DNA from: Arcicella sp.
GTDB lineage: Bacteria > Bacteroidota > Bacteroidia > Cytophagales > Spirosomataceae
Direction of reading: 5' to 3'
DNA: 55,671 bases
Assembly (NCBI GenBank): GCA_025356745.1
Contig: JANXRS010000172.1
Span: 1-55,671, forward strand
Program-made: the position numbers and the translations under genes
Notes under the pieces: generated by a model
What the model saw: only the letters and a program-made list of their open reading frames with translations
What the model was told of the DNA's origin: nothing
Database searches by the model: none
Part shown: positions 38,179-47,454 of the stretch, piece after piece
Layout: each line of letters opens with the position of its first letter
How positions within the stretch are numbered: the first letter of the stretch is position 1

Positions 38179-39326
38179 TATCTATTAAATCTATCTTTTA
38201 ATTTCAATAAAGGCGTTTCAATATACCGAAAAGATAATTCGCAGACGATGATTGTGAATAGAAATGCCGATGGATAAAGTAGTAAATTAAAGGTAAGTGT
38301 ATTGATATTTTTACCCAAAAAATAATGGATTGAATTAACACAAGCAACAATTACTGCAGGGTGATAAATATAGATTCCATAAGAAATTTTACCCAAATAA
38401 TGAATAATTTTTTGTTCTAAATAGATGATTGATTTAGGGTTTTGGGAAACATTCAGAATGAAAAAACAGAAGAAAATTCCGTAAAATTCCATGTTTAAAC
38501 CTGGTACATGAAAACCCGTTGACAACATTATGACCAGAACCAGATACACAATTATTTGAGCCTCTTTTCTAAATAAAACAGCTAAAATTTTCTCTTTTTT
38601 CGTAAAAATTAAATACGCTCCCATTCCTCCAATTACCATCGTCAAGATACGAAATTGACTAAAAAACAACTCCGCTCCTTCTTGAATTTTTTGTTTTGTA
38701 ATTTCTGATATGTCACTGATTTTGAAGATATAAAACCAAGCTAATCCTAAAATTAAAAGAAAGATAGCAAGTAATTTAAAAAATGTTTTTACTGGATTTT
38801 TACTTTTAATTATCCAAGGCCAAATGGCATAGAATTGTTCTTCTACGCCAACTGACCACGTTTGAGAACATAAATAAGGTACTCGAAAAAAAACGAAACC
38901 TATATTGGGCAAAAAGAGTAAGAAAAAGGGCAATCTTTTAAAAAAATCAGCATCAAAATAGTATTGATTTCTGAATGGTTCGTTAAAAATTGGAATGGCT
39001 GGAAAAACAAAAAATCCTAAAATAACAATAATAAAATAAAGGGGCCAAATACGAAGAATTCGACGGATGTAAAAGTCTTTGGTTGAAATATCGCCTCGGC
39101 GTTGTTTTTCACTTAATAGTAAATAAGTTATTAAAAAACCACTCAAAACGAAGAATAATCCTACGCCTAATTTACCTAAATTTTTAATGAAATAATTGCC
39201 ATAAATATTCTCTAAACCCATCAGGTATTTAATCTGTTCGGTATGGTGAATTAACACAGAAAAGGCGGCAATAAAACGTACTCCGTTGAGGTTAGGAAAA
39301 TAAACCTGTTGATGTGGGTGTTGCAT
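38178..39326 (-). CDS. Acyltransferase-3 (OafA-like) membrane O-acyltransferase
   Basis: LNGVRFIA, FFVLSGFLIT, FYIRRILRIWP, TWSVGVEEQFY, LGKISYGIYIYH and IETP motifs. Confidence 0.92.
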   Translation of the reverse strand: MQHPHQQVYFPNLNGVRFIAAFSVLIHHTEQIKYLMGLENIYGNYFIKNLGKLGVGLFFVLSGFLITYLLLSEKQRRGDISTKDFYIRRILRIWPLYFIIVILGFFVFPAIPIFNEPFRNQYYFDADFFKRLPFFLLFLPNIGFVFFRVPYLCSQTWSVGVEEQFYAIWPWIIKSKNPVKTFFKLLAIFLLILGLAWFYIFKISDISEITKQKIQEGAELFFSQFRILTMVIGGMGAYLIFTKKEKILAVLFRKEAQIIVYLVLVIMLSTGFHVPGLNMEFYGIFFCFFILNVSQNPKSIIYLEQKIIHYLGKISYGIYIYHPAVIVACVNSIHYFLGKNINTLTFNLLLYPSAFLFTIIVCELSFRYIETPLLKLKDRFNR

Positions 39327-39355
39327 TCAATTTTATAGAAAACGATTATGATTTA

Positions 39356-39378
39356 CAAAAATACACATCGTAACTTTG
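39356..39378. promoter_or_regulatory. Back-to-back -7 boxes for divergent genes
   Basis: TATTTTTG (minus, 39356-39363) and TAACTTTG (plus, 39371-39378) in a 75-bp divergent gap. Confidence 0.5.
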
Positions 39379-39401
39379 ATTTCAAATTATAAGAAGAAAC
39401 A

Positions 39402-39659
39402 ATGGAAAAACAAGCCAATAACCCCCTTCACGGACTCACATTAGCTATAATTTTAACGCATTTAGTTGATTATTACGGCTGGGAAGATTTGGGAACTCGT
39501 ATTGAAATAAGATGTTTCAACGTTGATCCAAGTATAAAATCAAGTTTAACCTTTCTCAGAAAAACACCTTGGGCTAGAGAAAGAGTGGAAAATTTGTACT
39601 TAAAAAGTTTAAGAGATATTAAAAAAGGGGAAAAAGAGCGGGTTAAAAAGGAAGAATAA
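39402..39659 (+). CDS. VF530/DUF2132 family small protein
   Basis: [16 protein letters not shown] and [22 protein letters not shown] motifs. Confidence 0.88.
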   Translation: MEKQANNPLHGLTLAIILTHLVDYYGWEDLGTRIEIRCFNVDPSIKSSLTFLRKTPWARERVENLYLKSLRDIKKGEKERVKKEE

Positions 39660-39697
39660 ATTTGGAATTATTCACTTATTCTTCCTTTCTGTTATCT

Positions 39698-40321
39698 CTA
39701 CAAAATTCTCAGACCTAACGTTAATTGCCAAAGATTCCCTTTTTGGGAGAAGTTAATATTGCTGGTGTTCAAACCTGCCACTTCCGAAAGACTTCCTTCA
39801 TAACGCAAATCAACTGAAAGTGCACCTATGTCTACGCCCCCACCCGCTTGATAACCATACGAAGCATTTTTAAAAGATTGCTCTAAATTACTCGAATAAG
39901 TCTTTATAGCTTCATCTAATCCTTTACTTGAAATGTTGAAAGATGCCATAGGTCCTGCATTGAGGCGTAAAGGACCCAATTTAACACCTACTAATAAGGG
40001 AACATCAATACTGGTATAATCAATAGCTACGGTTTGAGACGAGCCATTTTTTAGAATATTAATACTTCCGCCTTTAGCCGAAAAGATTACTTCGGGTTGA
40101 ATAAAAACTTTATTGCCAATTCTTGCGTAAACTCCTCCAACATATCCCGTTTTTGTGTCTAAACTTTGTTGTAAGTTATCCGAGAAAGATTGAGATTTGA
40201 AATCTGTTTTTAAGGTTGAAAAATTAACTCCGCCTCGAATTCCCAAAGAAAATTGGGCGAGTGATACATTTGCTTTCGCAAAAATTAATACAAAAAGAAG
40301 GATAAACAGTTTTTTATTCAT
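39698..40321 (-). CDS. Outer-membrane beta-barrel (porin/PorT-like) protein
   Basis: Signal peptide; GIRGGVN, IQPEV.FS.KG, IDVPLLVG and DLRYEG amphipathic strands. Confidence 0.8.
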   Translation of the reverse strand: MNKKLFILLFVLIFAKANVSLAQFSLGIRGGVNFSTLKTDFKSQSFSDNLQQSLDTKTGYVGGVYARIGNKVFIQPEVIFSAKGGSINILKNGSSQTVAIDYTSIDVPLLVGVKLGPLRLNAGPMASFNISSKGLDEAIKTYSSNLEQSFKNASYGYQAGGGVDIGALSVDLRYEGSLSEVAGLNTSNINFSQKGNLWQLTLGLRIL

Positions 40322-40465
40322 AGCGTTTTTTATTTTGTGAAATCAACATATATCTTTTTCAAATTATGAAGAATGGATATACACCTTTTTTATAGGTTGG
40401 AAAGATAACGTGATTTAGTGGCTTGATTGTATCTATTTACTGGATTTTTTGGTATAATTTCGTAC

Positions 40466-41842
40466 ATGGCAAAAGTAAAAACATCATTTTTCTGTCAAAA
40501 TTGTGGACATCAAGCCCCTAAATGGTTGGGCAAATGTCCGTCATGTGGCGAATGGAATACCTACGTAGAAGAGGTTGTTCAAAAAGAAGAACCTACCAAA
40601 GGCTCTTGGAAAGTTTCAACTTCCCTAAAAGTAGCTTCGAAACCTCGGGCAATTCATGAAATCAATTTTGAAGAACAACCCCGAATTTTGACTAAAGATG
40701 CGGAGTTGAACCGTGTGTTAGGCGGTGGAATTGTATTGGGGTCGATGGTATTGATTGGCGGAGAACCTGGGATTGGAAAATCTACTTTAATGCTTCAGAT
40801 TGCTTTAATGCTTGATAATTTGAAGGTTTTATACGTTTCAGGAGAAGAATCCGAACAGCAAATTAAAATGCGAGCTGAACGGTTAGAGAATCAAAGTAAG
40901 AATTGTTTTATTCTGACGGAAACCCAAACGCAAAATATTTTCAAACAAATTGAGACATTTGAACCTGATATTTTGATAATTGACTCTATTCAAACACTGC
41001 AATCTAATTTCGTGGAATCGGGGGCTGGAAGTGTATCGCAAGTAAAAGAATGTGCGGCTGAATTAATGAAATTTGCCAAAGAATCGGGTACGCCAGTTTT
41101 CATGATTGGACATATTACCAAGGACGGTTCATTGGCAGGTCCAAAGGTTTTGGAACACATGGTGGATACCGTTTTGCAGTTTGAAGGCGACCGCCATTTA
41201 GCGTATAGAATTTTAAGAACTACGAAAAATCGTTTCGGTAGTACCTCAGAATTAGGTATTTACGAAATGTTGAATACAGGTTTACGAGAAGTTTCTAATC
41301 CTTCTGAAATATTAATTTCACAAAGAGATGAAGACTTTTCGGGTATTACTATCGGGGCAATGTTGGAAGGGAATCGTCCCCTTTTAATTGAAACTCAGTC
41401 ATTGGTTTCCATCGCAACTTACGGAACGCCCCAACGAAGTTCAACGGGTTTTGATGCCAAACGTTTGAATATGTTATTAGCGGTTTTGGAGAAAAGGGGT
41501 GGTTTCCGTTTAGGTAATCAGGACGTATTTTTGAATATTGCGGGTGGCTTGAAAGTAGAAGACCCCGCCATTGATTTGGCAGTGTGTGCGTCAATCGTTT
41601 CTTCCTACGAAGATTTGAGTATTCCGTCCTCAATATGTTTTGCCGCAGAAGTGGGGCTGGGGGGAGAAATCAGAGCCGTAAATCGCATTGAACAAAGAAT
41701 CACAGAAGCCGAAAAATTAGGATTTAAAGAAATATGGATTTCAAAATATAATGCAAAAGGCTTAGATGCAAGTAACTATAAAATAAAAATAAATATGGCA
41801 GGGATGTTGGAAGACGTATTTATGCAGATTTTGCGAAAGTAA
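40466..41842 (+). CDS. radA: DNA repair protein RadA/Sms
   Basis: C4 zinc finger CQNCG...CPSCG, GGEPGIGKST P-loop, KNRFG signature. Start set at ATG 40466. Confidence 0.96.
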   Translation: MAKVKTSFFCQNCGHQAPKWLGKCPSCGEWNTYVEEVVQKEEPTKGSWKVSTSLKVASKPRAIHEINFEEQPRILTKDAELNRVLGGGIVLGSMVLIGGEPGIGKSTLMLQIALMLDNLKVLYVSGEESEQQIKMRAERLENQSKNCFILTETQTQNIFKQIETFEPDILIIDSIQTLQSNFVESGAGSVSQVKECAAELMKFAKESGTPVFMIGHITKDGSLAGPKVLEHMVDTVLQFEGDRHLAYRILRTTKNRFGSTSELGIYEMLNTGLREVSNPSEILISQRDEDFSGITIGAMLEGNRPLLIETQSLVSIATYGTPQRSSTGFDAKRLNMLLAVLEKRGGFRLGNQDVFLNIAGGLKVEDPAIDLAVCASIVSSYEDLSIPSSICFAAEVGLGGEIRAVNRIEQRITEAEKLGFKEIWISKYNAKGLDASNYKIKINMAGMLEDVFMQILRK

Positions 41843-41854
41843 CAGATAAAATAA

Positions 41855-41898
41855 TTTCAATGTGGTGTCAGTTTTCAGCAACTGACACCACATTGAAA
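41855..41898. repeat. Perfect 19-bp inverted repeat (REP-like or bidirectional terminator)
   Basis: TTTCAATGTGGTGTCAGTT-ttcagc-AACTGACACCACATTGAAA, between convergent genes. Confidence 0.65.
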
Positions 41899-41950
41899 CA
41901 CTAAAAACACTAAGCATAAACTAATCTTCAACGGGTTTTTAGTTGACCGT

Positions 41951-42946
41951 CTACTCCTCAATCTTGCCCTTACGAGCCTGCAAAAGCCCATTTTTTATCA
42001 ACTCATTATGTTTCCAAATTTTCTTTTCGGACTTTAATTTATTTTTATCCTCATTGCTAATTACTTGTAAATCAGACAAATCTGGACAACCTGCGTCCAC
42101 CCAAGCCGTAAACCAAAAGTCCGAAACCGTTTTAGTAGCCTCTAACATTCGGATATTCACTGTATTTCCTAATTTCAAAGCATAAGCCTTGGCAAACTCG
42201 CCCGTATAGTTTTTTCTCATTGCTCCAAAACGTTCAGAGCGTTTAAATTTTCGTTCGTCCGTAAAGCCTTCCGAAGCGTTTATTTCCTCAGAAAGTACTC
42301 TTCCTAACATCACATTTGATTCGCTTATTTTTACCCAAATAACCGCTAAGGGGTCTTTCAAATAGCGTGCTTTGTGGTTTTGATAAAGGTTATAATTTTC
42401 AAGGTTCATTTCTGGAACGGTGCTTTCCCAGAGCGAATGTAAACCTCTCTGATTGCTCAATTGACCATCGTAATTAATTGTTGTGTGCAAAGGAACGTGA
42501 GCATCGGAAATATAATGACCTAAATCAGCGGCATAATATAAAATGCTGTCCTTCAATTTATTACGAAAAGCATTTGTTAATTTTTCTTGTAATTTTATAA
42601 CTTCCCAAGGTACAGTTCCGTATTTTCTGAGGGTATCGGCTGAATATTTTTTCACAGCGTCGTTCCAAGTTTTTGGTATGGAATCTAAAGGCGTTTTCCC
42701 AAAAATAGGAGCATCCATATCAATGAAATGTTTCGTTGCTTCACTTGAATCATCTTTACGTCTAACATCTGGTCGAACAGAATTATAAACCAAATAATCA
42801 ACATTTTTAAAGAAGAAAAGTTGTAGCTTTTTAGGGAGTGAATAAATGGCAAGTTGATGAATTGTTTTATGGGCGAGAAAGCCCCAAGAACAACAACTTA
42901 AAATCACAATAATAGTGGCGATTTTTAATAAAATTGGATATTTCAT
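41951..42946 (-). CDS. Zinc-dependent phospholipase C / S1-P1 nuclease family protein (secreted)
   Basis: Signal peptide followed by WGFLAH; HFIDMD, LGHYISDAHVPLH and LHSLWE zinc-ligand motifs. Confidence 0.85.
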   Translation of the reverse strand: MKYPILLKIATIIVILSCCSWGFLAHKTIHQLAIYSLPKKLQLFFFKNVDYLVYNSVRPDVRRKDDSSEATKHFIDMDAPIFGKTPLDSIPKTWNDAVKKYSADTLRKYGTVPWEVIKLQEKLTNAFRNKLKDSILYYAADLGHYISDAHVPLHTTINYDGQLSNQRGLHSLWESTVPEMNLENYNLYQNHKARYLKDPLAVIWVKISESNVMLGRVLSEEINASEGFTDERKFKRSERFGAMRKNYTGEFAKAYALKLGNTVNIRMLEATKTVSDFWFTAWVDAGCPDLSDLQVISNEDKNKLKSEKKIWKHNELIKNGLLQARKGKIEE

Positions 42947-43011
42947 ACAATAATTTTTGATGTTATTTTTAATAAAGGAATATATGTAGCCTGCTTTTTT
43001 TCTATCTAAAT

Positions 43012-43482
43012 TTAGTATTGTAGGCTTAGTTGTAAATAAAGAACTTCGGGAAGAGGATTATAAACATAAGCATCAGTCTCTATAAATCCCTTTGAACGGT
43101 ATAATTTTATGGCATCTTTCAAGGACGTAATCGTATCTAATTTCATGGTTTTATACCCAGCTTCTTTAGCAAAATGGATTAACTCTTCCACTAATTGTTT
43201 CCCTAATGCTTTGCCTCTGGCAGCAGGTTTGACGTATAAACGTTTCATTTCACAAATATCTTCTCCGATTGGTTTTAAAGCTATACAACCCACCACTTTT
43301 TTTTCATCTTTCGCTAAAATTATACAGCCCAATGGTGGAAAATAGACTTGGTGTAAGGTTTGTAATTCTTTTTCAAAATTCTGGAAGCACAAATCAACTT
43401 GCAAAAAATTTGCATATTCAATAAAGATTTCTCGAACCTCTTCTAACTCTTCGAGTGAGTATTTTACGTAATGTAATTGCAT
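43012..43482 (-). CDS. GNAT family N-acetyltransferase
   Basis: CEMKRLYVKPAARGKALG and AIKLYRSKGF motifs. Confidence 0.9.
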   Translation of the reverse strand: MQLHYVKYSLEELEEVREIFIEYANFLQVDLCFQNFEKELQTLHQVYFPPLGCIILAKDEKKVVGCIALKPIGEDICEMKRLYVKPAARGKALGKQLVEELIHFAKEAGYKTMKLDTITSLKDAIKLYRSKGFIETDAYVYNPLPEVLYLQLSLQY

Positions 43483-43552
43483 AATATAAATAAAGTTTTT
43501 GAATAATCAAAGATGAGAAAAATCAATCGAAAACATAGAATTACTTTTGATA

Positions 43553-44173
43553 ATGAATTTACAAAAAATATTTCAAAGCATCATTGCTGACAATCAACTC
43601 CATGCTCGATTTTTAAATACTTTGTCGCTTATGGAAAATACAGGGGCAAGAAAAATCTCTGCCTCTGAACATAAAACCAAAGTTTCATTTCTTATTTTAA
43701 AACACGCTTGTGAGGAAGCTCGCCACGCTTTTTACTTAAAAAAACAAATCCAAAAGGTAGCGAATTTAGATGATTTCCCTACCTATGAGAACCCCTATTT
43801 GGTTGCCCCTTTCGCCAGTTATACTTATTTACATAGTCTTGATATTCAAGTATGTAGATACTTAAAACAAACCTTGCATCTATCGGGAGAAGCCTTAAGA
43901 TATGCTGCTTATTTATTAGTAACTTATTCAATTGAAGTACGAGCAGATGAACTTTATCCGATTTATCAAGATGCCCTCGATGAAGCAAAATCTAAAGTGA
44001 ATGTAAAGTCAATCATTGTGGAAGAAGAAGGACATTTGGCAGAAATGATCGAACAGTTAAAGGTATTTTCTCCCGATTGGCAAATTCACGCTGAAATAGC
44101 CTGTGAAATTGAAAAAAGATTATTTGAAGAATGGACTGTAGCATTAAAAAAAGAAATTGTTAATAATAATTAA
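43553..44173 (+). CDS. Ferritin-like (di-iron carboxylate) protein of unknown function
   Basis: Paired ExxH motifs (EEARH, EEEGH) plus helix Glu residues (LMEN, IEVRA). ATG 43553 preferred over TTG 43547. Confidence 0.65.
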   Translation: MNLQKIFQSIIADNQLHARFLNTLSLMENTGARKISASEHKTKVSFLILKHACEEARHAFYLKKQIQKVANLDDFPTYENPYLVAPFASYTYLHSLDIQVCRYLKQTLHLSGEALRYAAYLLVTYSIEVRADELYPIYQDALDEAKSKVNVKSIIVEEEGHLAEMIEQLKVFSPDWQIHAEIACEIEKRLFEEWTVALKKEIVNNN

Positions 44174-44229
44174 ATGGGTTAACATAACTCAAAACTGACT
44201 ACTTAACACTAATTTTGCGAATTCAAAAC

Positions 44230-44271
44230 CTGTCAATCTGACAGAAAAAAACGAAATGGCAAAACTTTTGA
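44230..44271 (+). promoter_or_regulatory. Inverted repeat plus sigma54-like -24/-12 element upstream of grpE
   Basis: CTGTCA-atc-TGACAG (44230-44244); TGGCAAAACTTTTGA (44257-44271) fits TGGCA-N6-TTG with A instead of C at the last position. Confidence 0.4.
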
Positions 44272-44861
44272 ACATAATAGAGAACTATAAAAATAAAGCG
44301 AAAAAGGCATTGAAAATGGAAAATAAAGACGAATTGCAAGTAGAGGAACAAGAGATTCTTCAAGATACTGACAATATTTCAGAAAATACAGTTGAAACTC
44401 CGACAGAAGAAGTACCACAATTGTCGGAAGCGGAAACGTTGCAAGCAGAATTATATGAATTGAAAGATAAGTATTTAAGATTATATTCTGATTTTGATAA
44501 TTTTCGTAAACGTACTGCCAAAGAAAAATTAGAGATGATTCAGTCGGCTTCTGAGAGAGTTATCGTAGATATTATTCCTGTAATTGATGACATTGAAAGA
44601 GCTACCGTAAATGCCCAAGAAGGAGAAATTTCGGAAGGCATTCATTTGATATTTAATAAGTTATATAATACTTTGTCGACGAAAGGCTTGAAACCAATGG
44701 ATGTTAAAGGACAGGTTTTTAACGCAGATTTACACGAAGCAATCACCCAATTTCCTGCGCCAACTGAAGCCGATAAAGGTAAAGTTTTTGATGTAGTAGA
44801 AAAAGGATATTTTTTAAACGATAAAGTAATTCGCTTTGCGAAAGTAGTAGTAGCAAATTAG
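44256..44861 (+). CDS. grpE: Nucleotide exchange factor GrpE (alternative start ATG 44316)
   Basis: YLRLYSDFDNFRKR, HEAI and EKGY.LNDKVIRFAKV motifs; upstream of dnaJ. Confidence 0.93.
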   Translation: MAKLLNIIENYKNKAKKALKMENKDELQVEEQEILQDTDNISENTVETPTEEVPQLSEAETLQAELYELKDKYLRLYSDFDNFRKRTAKEKLEMIQSASERVIVDIIPVIDDIERATVNAQEGEISEGIHLIFNKLYNTLSTKGLKPMDVKGQVFNADLHEAITQFPAPTEADKGKVFDVVEKGYFLNDKVIRFAKVVVAN

Positions 44862-45032
44862 GAATTAAGCATTGGGGATTAGGAATTGGTTGGTTGAGAA
44901 TTTAGAAAAAGTAGGGTAACTAATAATTATTTGGTTGAATCCAGAATCAAATTTATGTTACCAATTGGCTAATTTATAATTCCTAATCATCAGCAATCTA
45001 ATCCCTGATTCCTAATCCCTAACCCCTAAATT
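44858..45032. repeat. Inverted heptamer-repeat element between grpE and dnaJ
   Basis: TTAGGAA TTAAGCA TTGGGGA TTAGGAA ... CTAATCC CTGATTC CTAATCC CTAACCC CTAAATT; 44875-44886 pairs perfectly with 45008-45019. Confidence 0.7.
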
Positions 45033-45035
45033 AAG

Positions 45036-46196
45036 ATGGCAAAAAGAGATTATTACGAAGTTTTAGCAATTGCAAAATCTGCTTCGGAAGACGAAATAAA
45101 AAAAGCCTATCGTAAGATGGCAATTAAATATCATCCTGACAAAAACCCAGGAGACAAACCCGCCGAAGAGAAATTTAAGGAGGCAGCCGAAGCGTATGAA
45201 GTATTATCAGACGCTAAGAAAAAAGCACAGTATGACCGTTTTGGACACGCTGGCATGGGCGGTGCCGCTAGTGGTGGTGGCTATGGTAGTCAGGGAATGA
45301 ATATGGAAGATATTTTCAGTCAATTTGGAAACATCTTCGGTGGTAATGACGAAAGCCCATTCGGAAATATGTTTGGTGGCGGTGGTCAACAACAACGTAG
45401 AATGAGAAAAGGCACTGACCTTAGAATCAAACTTAAACTCAATCTTGAGGAAGTTGCCAATGGCGTTGAGAAAAAAATCAAAGTCAAGCGTCATGTAACC
45501 TGCAAAGCCTGTACGGGTAATGGTGCAAAAAACGGGACTGAATTAAGCACCTGCCAAACTTGTGGTGGTGCGGGTCAAGTTCGTCGAGTGCAACAAACCA
45601 TGTTGGGACAAATGGTGACAACCGCAGTTTGTCCAACTTGTAATGGAGAAGGCAAACAAGTAAAAACTCGTTGTGATGTGTGTTTTGGCGAAGGTCGTTT
45701 GTTAGAAGAAGAAATTATCCCAATAAAAATTCCTGCGGGCGTTTCCGATAGTATGCAATTATCCATGTCGGGTAAAGGAAATGTTCCCCCACGTGGAGGC
45801 GTTGCGGGAGATTTATTGATAATTATTGAAGAAGAACCAGATGAAGTGCTGCACAGAGACGGAACAAATGTAATTTTTGATTTATATTTAAACTTTGCCG
45901 ATGCTGCTTTAGGAACAGCCGTTGAAGTGCCAACTATTGGTGGAAAAGCTCGAATCACGATTGAACCAGGCACGCAAGCAGGTAAAATTCTTCGTTTGAA
46001 AGGCAAAGGAATTAAGGAATTGAACGGTTATGGTGTTGGGGATGAACTTATTCACGTGAATTTGTGGACTCCCAAAGTGCTTTCAAAAGAAGAAACTGAG
46101 ATGTTAGAAAAAATGAGAATTTCACCTAACTTTGAGCCAAAACCCAATAAAAATGATAAAAATTTCTTTGAAAAAATGAAAGATTTTTTTAATTAA
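45036..46196 (+). CDS. dnaJ: Molecular chaperone DnaJ
   Basis: J-domain HPD, G/F-rich region and four CxxCxGxG repeats. Confidence 0.97.
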   Translation: MAKRDYYEVLAIAKSASEDEIKKAYRKMAIKYHPDKNPGDKPAEEKFKEAAEAYEVLSDAKKKAQYDRFGHAGMGGAASGGGYGSQGMNMEDIFSQFGNIFGGNDESPFGNMFGGGGQQQRRMRKGTDLRIKLKLNLEEVANGVEKKIKVKRHVTCKACTGNGAKNGTELSTCQTCGGAGQVRRVQQTMLGQMVTTAVCPTCNGEGKQVKTRCDVCFGEGRLLEEEIIPIKIPAGVSDSMQLSMSGKGNVPPRGGVAGDLLIIIEEEPDEVLHRDGTNVIFDLYLNFADAALGTAVEVPTIGGKARITIEPGTQAGKILRLKGKGIKELNGYGVGDELIHVNLWTPKVLSKEETEMLEKMRISPNFEPKPNKNDKNFFEKMKDFFN

Positions 46197-46245
46197 AATA
46201 ACATAAGTTTCTACAATGCAGGGTAGAAAAAATTGTCATTTTAAG

Positions 46246-46287
46246 ATAAAATGCCCTCAATTTACTAGTTGAAGGCATTTTATTTTT
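46246..46287 (+). terminator. Terminator after dnaJ
   Basis: ATAAAATGCC-CTCAA...TTGAA-GGCATTTTAT followed by TTTT. Confidence 0.65.
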
Positions 46288-46368
46288 AGGCCGAATTAAA
46301 ACTTCCAGAATGATTTTTCGTTATATGGTTAGTAAAATAAATTATCCCACAAAATCTAAATTACAAAA

Positions 46369-46896
46369 ATGAAAAAATTACTTTTATTGGCAACATTTGC
46401 CCTCTCTGCTTTTATGAGCAATGCTCAAGATCATAATATGAGTAAAGAAAAAGCAAAAATGCCTTCTCCTCCCGCAGAAGCCAAAGCAACCCTTGCAAAT
46501 GGAACAACTTTAGCAATTAATTATCATCAACCAGCCGTGAAAGGACGTAACGTTTGGGCGGGCGATCTTGCTCCTTACGGAAAAGTATGGCGTACGGGTG
46601 CAAATGATGCTACAACTTTTGAAGTAAGCAAAGACGTTATGATTAACGGAAAATCGTTGAAAGCGGGTAAATATGCTCTTTTCTCAATTCCTGGCGAAAA
46701 AGAATGGACAATTATTTTTAATAAAACATCAAAACAATGGGGTGCATACAGTTATAAAGAAGCGGATGATGCTTTGCGTGTAACAGCCAAAGCTGAAGCT
46801 AACGATATGACTGAACGTTTCACTGTTAAAGCTGAAAATTCTGGTCAAGTAATGATGATGTGGGATAAAGCAAAAGTAAGCTTCACAGTTAAGTAA
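46369..46896 (+). CDS. DUF2911 family exported protein
   Basis: Signal peptide; PSP, Y.QP.VKGR, PYGKVWRTGAN, GKYALFSIP and QWGAYSY motifs. Confidence 0.88.
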   Translation: MKKLLLLATFALSAFMSNAQDHNMSKEKAKMPSPPAEAKATLANGTTLAINYHQPAVKGRNVWAGDLAPYGKVWRTGANDATTFEVSKDVMINGKSLKAGKYALFSIPGEKEWTIIFNKTSKQWGAYSYKEADDALRVTAKAEANDMTERFTVKAENSGQVMMMWDKAKVSFTVK

Positions 46897-46908
46897 ATAT
46901 TACAGAAT

Positions 46909-46954
46909 TAACAAAAAGGGTCTTCTAAAAAAATTTAGAAGACCCTTTTTGTTA
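46909..46954. terminator. Bidirectional terminator
   Basis: Perfect 21-bp TAACAAAAAGGGTCTTCTAAA / TTTAGAAGACCCTTTTTGTTA between convergent genes. Confidence 0.85.
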
Positions 46955-46969
46955 TGTATTAATTTATCC

Positions 46970-47353
46970 TTAAAAAATCTTTACCAATATCCAATTAAAC
47001 AATCCTATAGCAATGGTTCCCAATCCGATTGAATATACATAAGATCTAATGATAAAACCACCTGAATCTGCTTTAAAAATACTGAATAAATCCTTAGTAT
47101 AGGCAAAAAAGCAAATTTCCAAAATAAAGGGTAACAACAAAAATAAGCTACGATAATTAATTCCCAAATCGGTATTTTGCATGAAAAAGAAAACAATTGC
47201 ACTCACAATAAAAATGGGAATGGTAACCATTATTTGAATCCATGGAGCAGCAGCTACATCATTTCCAAACTTATGATTACTCGTAACAAAATAAATGTTT
47301 AAAATAACAGCTAATCCAACGATAGCTAAAAAGAGGAAATACATTCTGTACAT
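46970..47353 (-). CDS. Hypothetical membrane protein (about 4 TM)
   Basis: 127-aa hydrophobic ORF ending at the terminator. Confidence 0.65.
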   Translation of the reverse strand: MYRMYFLFLAIVGLAVILNIYFVTSNHKFGNDVAAAPWIQIMVTIPIFIVSAIVFFFMQNTDLGINYRSLFLLLPFILEICFFAYTKDLFSIFKADSGGFIIRSYVYSIGLGTIAIGLFNWILVKIF

Positions 47354-47454
47354 ATTCTTATAGTGGTTAAAATTTAAAATAATATTTATTTTGATAGAAA
47401 TTACTCAAGGCATGAAGGTAAACGTTTCTTCACAAATATTTGATTTACAGATAC

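Noticed and set aside
44858-45032. Heptamer arrays as CRISPR, telomere-like or G-quadruplex elements
   Set aside because: There is no repeat-spacer structure or cas gene, the period is 7 rather than 6, and there are too few GGG runs.
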